31,735 bases of DNA, from the NCBI GenBank assembly GCA_002269645.1, contig NIVC01004913.1, positions 1 through 31,735 of the forward strand, in the 5' to 3' direction. The position numbers and the translations under genes are program-made. Shown one piece after another: positions 25,097 through 31,735 of this stretch (its first letter is position 1; each line of letters begins with the position of its first letter). The DNA comes from Macrostomum lignano (lineage: Eukaryota). The notes under the pieces are model-generated. The model saw nothing but the letters and a program-made list of their open reading frames with translations, searched no databases and was not told where the DNA came from.

Positions 25097-25144
<48 letters not shown>
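25097..25144 (+). repeat. (TAGA)12 microsatellite at the 5' terminus of U9
   Basis: 48 bp read directly. Confidence 0.95.
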
Positions 25145-26599
25145 CGATGGGGAGAAAGGGGAAGAACTCCCATCACCGGAATTCCATTCCCTGAACTCCA
25201 TCAGCTAAACTCAACTCTCAGAATTCATTGGTTAGGGTTAGGGTTAGAGCTACACACAGCAGCGGGTTGAAAGGCGCCAATAAAATATTGAACTAATTGA
25301 ATCAATTGATTGCGCAACCGATTTCTCAGGCAGTCAGTATAAAGTTAGCAAAAAGATTGCGCAATCTATTGTAAATCAACTCTCCAATACACAGCGACCG
25401 ACCCCCTCCAATACTCAGTGGCAGTTAGAAGATGAAACCAACCCCCGGAACCCCCATGAACCCCTAAAATGAATAAATCTTTGCCGACAGTAAAAAGTAT
25501 GAAAAACTTTTTCCATTGCTCCGCCTTAATTTTTCTACTTTAAAGCAAACAATTTTTTATACCCGAACTCAGCGTTGCAAGCTTTTTTCAGCAATATAAG
25601 TCTCTCCTCTCAAAGTTTAATACTCAAAGAGAATTTAGCGTTTGAAAGTTCCCGTTTTAAAGCATTGAAATATCGAGTGTACGTTCACTACTGCCTGCTG
25701 GCACAAATAATAAAACAAATTGATGGCGCAATTCATTTCTCCGTCAGTCAGTATCAGTCTCAGTTAAAATTATTACGCAAACTAAATCAACCCTCCAATG
25801 CTCAGAGGCTGACCCCTTGCAATACGCAGTGGCGGTTAGAAATTGAACCCCCCCCCAACTGTTGGGGGGTCGGTCGAACCCCCATTCAATCCAAAATGAG
25901 TACACTCTTTGCAGAAAGTTAAAAGTATGGAAATAGTTTTTTCAATGCTGTGCTTTTTCTTTTCATATTTAAAGCAAACAATTTATATCCCTGAAATCAG
26001 CTTTGCAAGTTCTTTCCAGCAATATTAATTTTTTTCTCTCAAAGTTAAAAACTTGAGCAACAGTTAGCGTTTGAAACTTTCTGATTTAAAGTATTGAAAT
26101 ATCAATTGTACGTTCACTGCCTGCTAAAGAGGCCCGCAAGTTTATGCATTGAATTTCAAGGTTCAACAAAATCACAGGGCTGCCTATTGAAAATTAGAAC
26201 ACAAATCTTTGCGCAATTGTCTATACAGTCAGCCAGTGAGCCAGGGTCCGATTGTACACAGGCAGCCATTTAGAACGCCGCATCCCCCCACTGGAGAGAA
26301 AATACACTGCAGAGATAGGGAAAAGTTGTGGCGCAATCACTTGAAATTCATGCAAATTTTCAGCTCCAAGCAGAAAGAGGGGACAATTAAGATTATCAAA
26401 GGTCAAGACCGCCGTTTTCTGCTTTTTTGAGGATCTTAGAAATTAAAATTTCAGAATTAAAATAGCCTATAGCCGACCTCGGATAATTTCCAATCTTCCC
26501 ATATAAGTTTCAACGCTGAGTTGCACTATTCAAGGAGGAGTTGTCGAAATGACAGACAGACAGACAGACAAACAACACGTCAACTTTAGTATATATAGA
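25145..26599 (-). mobile_element. U10: short unit, 1455 bp, lacking the 3' hairpin, CT tract and minisatellite
   Basis: Intact 5' TC at 26599. At the 3' end CGATGGGGAGAAAGGGG replaces the hairpin. 2 diverged modules. Confidence 0.68.
25232..25247 (+). repeat. Interstitial (TTAGGG)2
   Basis: Read directly; positional homologue of the other tracts. Confidence 0.85.
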
Positions 26600-26608
26600 C
26601 GAGTGGAA

Positions 26609-26625
26609 CTCCTCCTTCGGAGGAG
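26609..26625 (-). terminator. Helitron-type 3' hairpin
   Basis: Identical 17-mer followed by TTCCACTCG|TC. Confidence 0.8.
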
Positions 26626-26754
26626 AAAGGGGAAGAACTCCCATCACCGGAATTCCATTCCCTGAAATCCATCAGCTGAAACTCCACTTGAACCCCATCT
26701 TCCAAATCGTCTCCAAATTCTTTACAAAATCTTTGAAAGACCATAGCTCAAAGA

Positions 26755-27765
26755 CTCTCACGTCTCTCATATCTCCTCTCTCTTCTATTCGCTATTATCG
26801 TGACTCTCTTCTCTCTCCTCTCTCTCATCTCATCTCTACCCGTACTCCCTTATTTATGTTTTATCCCTCGTCTTTCGTCTGTACCCTCTCCTGTCTCTTG
26901 TCTCCTCTCTTCTCTCATATCTCTCCTCTTCACTTCTGTCTCCTGTCTTCTCTCTTCTCTCTTATCTCTCCCTCTTCTCTCCTCTTTTATATGTCATCCC
27001 TATTCACTTATCTATCGTCTCTCTTAACCCTCTCTCTCTTCTCTTTTCTTTCCTCTCTGCTCTCATTTCTCATATCTCATATACGCTCTCACACTCCACT
27101 TACTTGTCTCCAATCTTTCTTTCCTCCTTTCCACTTTTCCCTGTCTCTTCTCTTCTCTCTTTTCTATCCTCTCCATTCTCTCTTTTCTCCTCCCCTTGCT
27201 CCTTTTATCTTCTCCCTCTCTTCTCTAATCTCTTCTCTCTTCTCTCTTATGTTCTCACTCATCTCTTTTTATCGCATCTCTCATCTCTCCTCTCCTCACT
27301 ACTTTCCTCTCTTAACTCTCTTATCTATTTCATCTCTCTCCTCTCTCCTCTTTCTCTTCTCCTCTCGCTTCTTCTCTCGCTTCTCTCTCCTATCTCTCCT
27401 CTCATCTCTACTACCGTATTTATATCTTCTAACTGGTCCTTCGTCTCTACTCTCTCCTTTCTCCTTTCTCCCCTCTTTTCTCCTTTCTTGTCTCTCCTGT
27501 CTCCCCTCCTCTCTCATCCCTCATCCCCTCATCTCACTCTTTCTTTCTCCTCTACTCTCCCCTCTCTTCTATTTTCTCTGTACGCTCTTATCCCTAATCT
27601 ATTTTCTCTCCTCTCTCCTCTTTTCTACTCTCTCCCTCTTCGTTCCCGCCTAAATCCCCTCTTCTCTCCAATCTGTCATGTCTAATATCTCCACTTATTT
27701 CTACTCTGTTTTCTATCATCTCATCTCTCTTCTGCTTTCATTCTTCTCTTTACTCTTTTCTCTGA
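26755..27765 (+). repeat. CT-rich tract, diverged long variant (related tracts ~29440-29670 and ~30940-31735)
   Basis: Same composition and landmark words, different primary sequence. Confidence 0.9.
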
Positions 27766-27912
27766 CTGATTGAAGATGCCAAATCCATCAAGATCCTCTC
27801 CGCGAAGCAGAAATCCTGTCCGTGCAACTGAAAACCATCGAAATTCTCTCTTTTAAACTGGACTCAATCGAAATTTTCTCCGTCAAAAAAAATAAATATC
27901 AGGATTCATTGG

Positions 27913-27945
27913 TTAGGGTTATTGTTAGGGTTAGGGTTAGGGTTA
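27913..27945 (+). repeat. Interstitial TTAGGG tract with a TTATTG variant
   Basis: Read directly; same variant as at 4681. Confidence 0.9.
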
Positions 27946-29286
27946 AAGCTACACAGCTGCGTGTTCAAATAAAAATTGAACCAATTGAATCAATTGATTG
28001 CGCAACCGATTTCTCAGTCAGTCAGTATCAGTCTCAGTTAAAGTTAACAAAAAGATTGCGCAATCTAAATCAACCCTCCAGTACACAGAGACCGACCTCT
28101 TTTCAATACGCAGTAGCAGTTAGAAATTGAACGCCGAACTGTTGGGGGCATTGAACCAAAAAATGAGTACAATCTTTGCATAAAGCTAAAAGTATGGAAA
28201 TAGTTTTTTTGATGCTGCTCTTTTAGTCTTTACATTTATAGCAAACAATTTATATCCTCGAACTCAGCGTTGCAAGATCTTTTCAGCAGTATAAGTCTCT
28301 TCTCTTAAAGTTTAGAACTCGAAGAGCAGTTAGCGTTTGAAAGTTCCGTTTTAAGCATTAAATATCGAGTGTACGTTCACTGCCTGCCAAAGAGGCTCGC
28401 AAGTTGATTCATTCATTACACAGGCCGCTATTACACAGGGCAGCCTATTGAAAGGCACAGATAATAAAACAAATTGATGGCGCAACCGATTTCACAGTCA
28501 GTCAGTATCAGTCTCAGTTAAAGTTAAGAAAAACATTGCGCAATCTAAATCAACCCTCCAATACACAGCGCCCGACCGCCTTCCACTACGCAGTGGCAAT
28601 TAGCAATTGAACCCCCAAATTTATCTCTGACCTATCGCAAAAATAAGTACAATCTTTGCAGCAAGTTAAAAGTAAAAGTAATAAAATCGTTTTTTGAATG
28701 CTGTGCTTTTAATTTTTACAGTTAAAGCAAACAACTTATATCCCTGAACTCAGCGTTGCAAGATCTTTCCAGCAATATAAGTCTCTCCTCTCAAAGTTCA
28801 AAAATCGAGCAACAGTTAGCATTTGAAACTTTCTGATTTAAAGCATTGAAATATCGAGTGTACGTTCACTGCCTGCTAGAGAGGCTCGCAAATTGATGCA
28901 TTGAATTTCACTGTCCGCCAGTTAGCTAGGGTCCAAGTGTACACACGCCGCCACTGAGAACGCTCCTATCCCCCCACTGGAGAGAAAAACACTGCCAAGT
29001 TAGCAAAATTTTATGGCGCAATCACTTAAAATTCATGCAGATTTTCAGCTCCAAGCAGAAAGAGGGGACAATTAAGATTATCAAAGGTCAAGACCGCCGT
29101 TTTCTGCTTTTTTGAGGATCTTAGAAATTAAAATTTCAGAATTAAAATAGCCTATAGCCGACCTCGGATAATTTCCAATCTTCCCATATAAGTTTCAACG
29201 CTGAGTTGCCGCTATTCAAGGAGGAGTTGTCGAAATGACACACAGACAGACAAACAACACGTCAACTTTAGTATATACGAGTGGAA

Positions 29287-29303
29287 CTCCTCCTTCGGAG
29301 GAG
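29287..29303 (-). terminator. Helitron-type 3' hairpin
   Basis: Identical 17-mer followed by TTCCACTCG. Confidence 0.78.
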
Positions 29304-29843
29304 AAAGGGGAAGAACTCCCATCACCGGAATTCCATTCCCTGAAATATCCATCAACTGACATTCCATGTCTTGAACCCTATCTTCCAAATCGTCTCCAAA
29401 TTCTTTACAAAACCTTTCAAAGACCATAGCTCAAAGACTCTCATGTTTCTCATATCTCCTCTCTCCTCTCTTCACTGATATCGTGACTCTCTTCTCTCTC
29501 CTCTCTCTCATCTCATCTCTACCCCTACTCCCTTATTTGTCTCTTCTCCCTCGTCTTTCGTCTGTACCCTCTTCTGTCTCCTGTCTCCTGTCTCTTATCT
29601 CTCCCTCTTCTCTCCTCTCCGTATGTCATCTCTAATCTCTCCTCTCTCATATCTACTCTCTTTTCTCTCCCATTGGAAGAACTCCTATCACCAGAATTCA
29701 ATTCCCTGAACTTCATTAGCTGAATTCCATGACCCGAGTTCCATCATCCAAGTCCTCTCCGAAGACAAAAGATCCTCTCCGTGAAACTGGACTCAATCGA
29801 AATTTACTTCGTCAGACAGAACTCAACTCTCAGGATTCAGTGG

Positions 29844-29870
29844 CTAGGGTTAGGGTTAGGGTTAGAGTTA
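29844..29870 (+). repeat. Degenerate interstitial TTAGGG tract
   Basis: CTAGGG TTAGGG TTAGGG TTAGAG TTA. Confidence 0.85.
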
Positions 29871-30794
29871 CACACAGCTGCGTGTTGAAAGGCACCAATA
29901 ATAAAAATTGAACTATTTAAAGCAACAGATTGAGCAATCGATTTCTCAGTCAGCCAGTATCAGTCTCAGTTCAAGTTAGCAAAATGATTGCGCAATTTAA
30001 ATCAACCATCCAATACACAGCGACCGCCCCCCTTCCAATACGCAGTGGCAAGTAGACGTTGAACCCCCAACTTTATCTCTGACCTGTCGCAAAAATAAGT
30101 ACAATCTTTGCAAAAGTATGGAAATCGTTTTTTGAATGCTGTATTTTTAGTTATTATCATATTTAAAGCAAACAACTTATATCCCCGAACTCAGCGCTGC
30201 AAGCTCTTTCCAGCAATAAAAGTCTCGTCTCTCAAAGTTCAAGAATCGAGCAACAGTTAGCGTTTGAAACTTTCTGATTTAAAGCATTGAAATATCGAGT
30301 GTACGTTCACTGCCTGCAGCAGAGGGAGGCTCGCAAGTTTATTCATTGAATTTAACTGTCCAAAACTACACAGGGCAGCCTATTGAAAATCAGAACACAA
30401 TTCGTTGCGCAATTGTCTATCTATACAATCAGCCAGTGAGCTAGGGTCCGATTGTACACACGCAGCCACTGAGAATGCGACCATCCCCCACTGGAGAGAA
30501 AATACACTGTAGAGATAGGAGACAGTTGTGGCGCAATCACTCAAAATTCATGCAAATTTTCAGCTCCAAGCAGAAAGAGGGGACAATTAAGATTATCAAA
30601 GGTCAAGACCACCGTTTTCTGCTTTTTTAGGGATCTTAAAATGTAAAAATGCAATATTAAAATAGCCTAAAGCCATCCTCAGTAAATTTGCAGTTTTCCA
30701 ATATAAGTTTCAACGCTGAGTTGCAAGTATTCTAGGAGGAGTTATGCAACAGACAAACAAACACACAAACATCGCACCAACTTTAGTATATACA

Positions 30795-31735
30795 CGAGTG
30801 GAACTCCTCCTTCGGAGGAGAAAGGGGAAGAACTCCCATCACCGGAATTCCATCAACTGAAATTCCATGTCTTGAACCCTATCTTCCAAATCGTCTCCAA
30901 ATTCTTTACAAAACCTTTCAAAGACCATAGCTCAAAGACTCTCACGTCTCTCATATCTCCTCTCTTCTCTATCGCTATTATCGTGACTCTCTTCTCTCTC
31001 CTCTCTCTCATCTCATCTCTACCCCTACTCCCTTATTTATCTTCTCCCTCGTCTTTCGTTGTACTTCTCCTGTCTCTTGTCTCCTCTCTTCTCTCATATC
31101 TCTCCTCTTCACTTCTGTCTCCTGTCTCTCTCTCTCTCTTCTCTCTTATCTCTCCCTCTTCTCTCCTTTCTCATATGTCATCTCTTACTTATCTATCGTA
31201 TCTCTTAACCCTCTCTCCTTCTTCTTTTCTCTCCTATCTGCTTCTCGTTTTCTCATCTCATATAGCTCTCACGCTCCTACTTTCTTGTCTCCCATCTTCC
31301 TTTCCTCCTTACCACTATCCCTGTCTCTTCTCTCTCTCTTTCTATCCCTCCATTCTCTTCTCTCTCCTCTCCTTTCTCCTTTCATCTTCTCCCCTCTCTT
31401 CTCTAAATCTCTAATCTCTTCTCTCTTATGTTCTCTCATTCATCATCTTTTCTTCATCGCTCCTCTCATCTCCTTTCTCATCGCATCTCTCATCTCTCCT
31501 CTCCACTACTTTCCTCTCTTAACTCTCTCATCTCTGATTCCTTCATCTCTCTCCTCTCTCGCCTGTCTCTTCTCCTCTTGCTTCTCGATGTCCTTCTATC
31601 TCCTCTCATCTCTACTACCTTTATTTAATCTTCTCCCTGTCCTTTGTCTTTACTCTCTCCTGTCTCCTTTCTCCCCTCTTTTTCTCCTCTTTTCTCTCTC
31701 CTTTCTCCCTCCTGTCTCATCTCTCATCCCTCATC
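30795..31735 (-). mobile_element. U13: partial unit (3' end and CT tract)
   Basis: Hairpin 30804-30820 plus CTCG; runs off the window edge. Confidence 0.68.
30804..30820 (-). terminator. Helitron-type 3' hairpin
   Basis: Identical 17-mer followed by TTCCACTCG. Confidence 0.78.

Larger units (their letters stand above)
22325..25144 (-). mobile_element. U9: non-autonomous Helitron-like unit, 2820 bp (near copy of U7) with (TCTA)12 at its 5' end
   Basis: Hairpin plus CTCG at 22325. The 183-aa repeat ORF is identical to that of U7. Confidence 0.75.
26600..29277 (-). mobile_element. U11: non-autonomous Helitron-like unit, 2678 bp, 2 modules, diverged
   Basis: Hairpin plus CTCG at 26600; 5' variant TATATACTAAAG. 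Confidence 0.72.
29278..30794 (-). mobile_element. U12: short chimeric unit, 1517 bp, with diverged 5' segment
   Basis: Hairpin plus CTCG at 29278; truncated CT tract; second copy of the subterminal segment at ~29675; 5' TGTATATACTAAAG. Confidence 0.68.
1..31735 (-). repeat. Tandem array (complex satellite) of head-to-tail Helitron-like units, extending beyond both window edges
   Basis: The same ordered set of blocks recurs throughout. The junction motif (+) TTTAGTA..[T/C]GAGTGGAACTCCTCCTTCGGAGGAG or a variant occurs at 13 positions (1444, 3652, 6101, 8350, 11493, 13740, 16863, 19636, 22324, 25144, 26599, 29277, 30794). Confidence 0.97.

Noticed and set aside
482-29870. True chromosome end or telomere-targeting retrotransposon array
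   Set aside because: TTAGGG tracts are at most ~40 bp and sit mid-unit, not at unit boundaries. There are no poly(A) tails, TSDs or reverse transcriptase ORF.
1529-31628. Long Leu/Ser-rich ORFs (e.g. 1529-2320, 8439-9230, 16952-18142, 26688-27653) and the Arg/Glu-rich minus ORF 27299-27517
   Set aside because: They lie in polypyrimidine tracts where stop codons are compositionally rare. They show no domain-like sequence, and frames and lengths differ between homologous units.
1-31735. rDNA, 5S, tRNA, snRNA or histone tandem gene cluster; hammerhead ribozyme satellite
   Set aside because: I recognised no such gene by eye. CTGATTGA (e.g. ~125, ~2313) and CTGATGGA do not match the hammerhead CUGANGA core. 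An Rfam scan would be the formal test.
1-31735. Autonomous Helitron (RepHel) coding sequence
   Set aside because: No ORF of suitable length, and no HUH endonuclease or PIF1 helicase motifs in the six-frame track.

Overview
The window contains no credible genes. It is eukaryotic repetitive DNA: one tandem array of 12 complete and 2 partial composite units of 1.45-3.14 kb. Read on the minus strand, each unit has the architecture of a non-autonomous Helitron (rolling-circle transposon). The 5' end is TCTATATATACTAAAG followed by a (GTCT)n microsatellite. The 3' end is a 7-bp hairpin, CTCCTCC-GAA-GGAGGAG, followed by TTCCA-CTCG. Units are joined head-to-tail (CTCG|TC) with no spacer at 13 junctions. 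In + strand order a typical unit carries the 3' hairpin, a 0.7-1.1 kb polypyrimidine tract, a degenerate 30-bp minisatellite, a short (TTAGGG)2-6 telomere-like tract, 1-3 copies of a ~0.44-0.48 kb AT-rich module with a hypervariable slot, and a conserved ~0.4-0.5 kb 5' segment. Two ~5.4 kb higher-order duplications are visible, and the flanking units are more diverged. All listed ORFs are explained by low-complexity or repeat sequence, and there is no RepHel coding sequence. The Helitron call rests on terminal structure read by eye, not on a database match. The host cannot be determined; TTAGGG is compatible with many animals and fungi. Internal block boundaries are approximate, while junction, hairpin and TTAGGG coordinates were counted directly.
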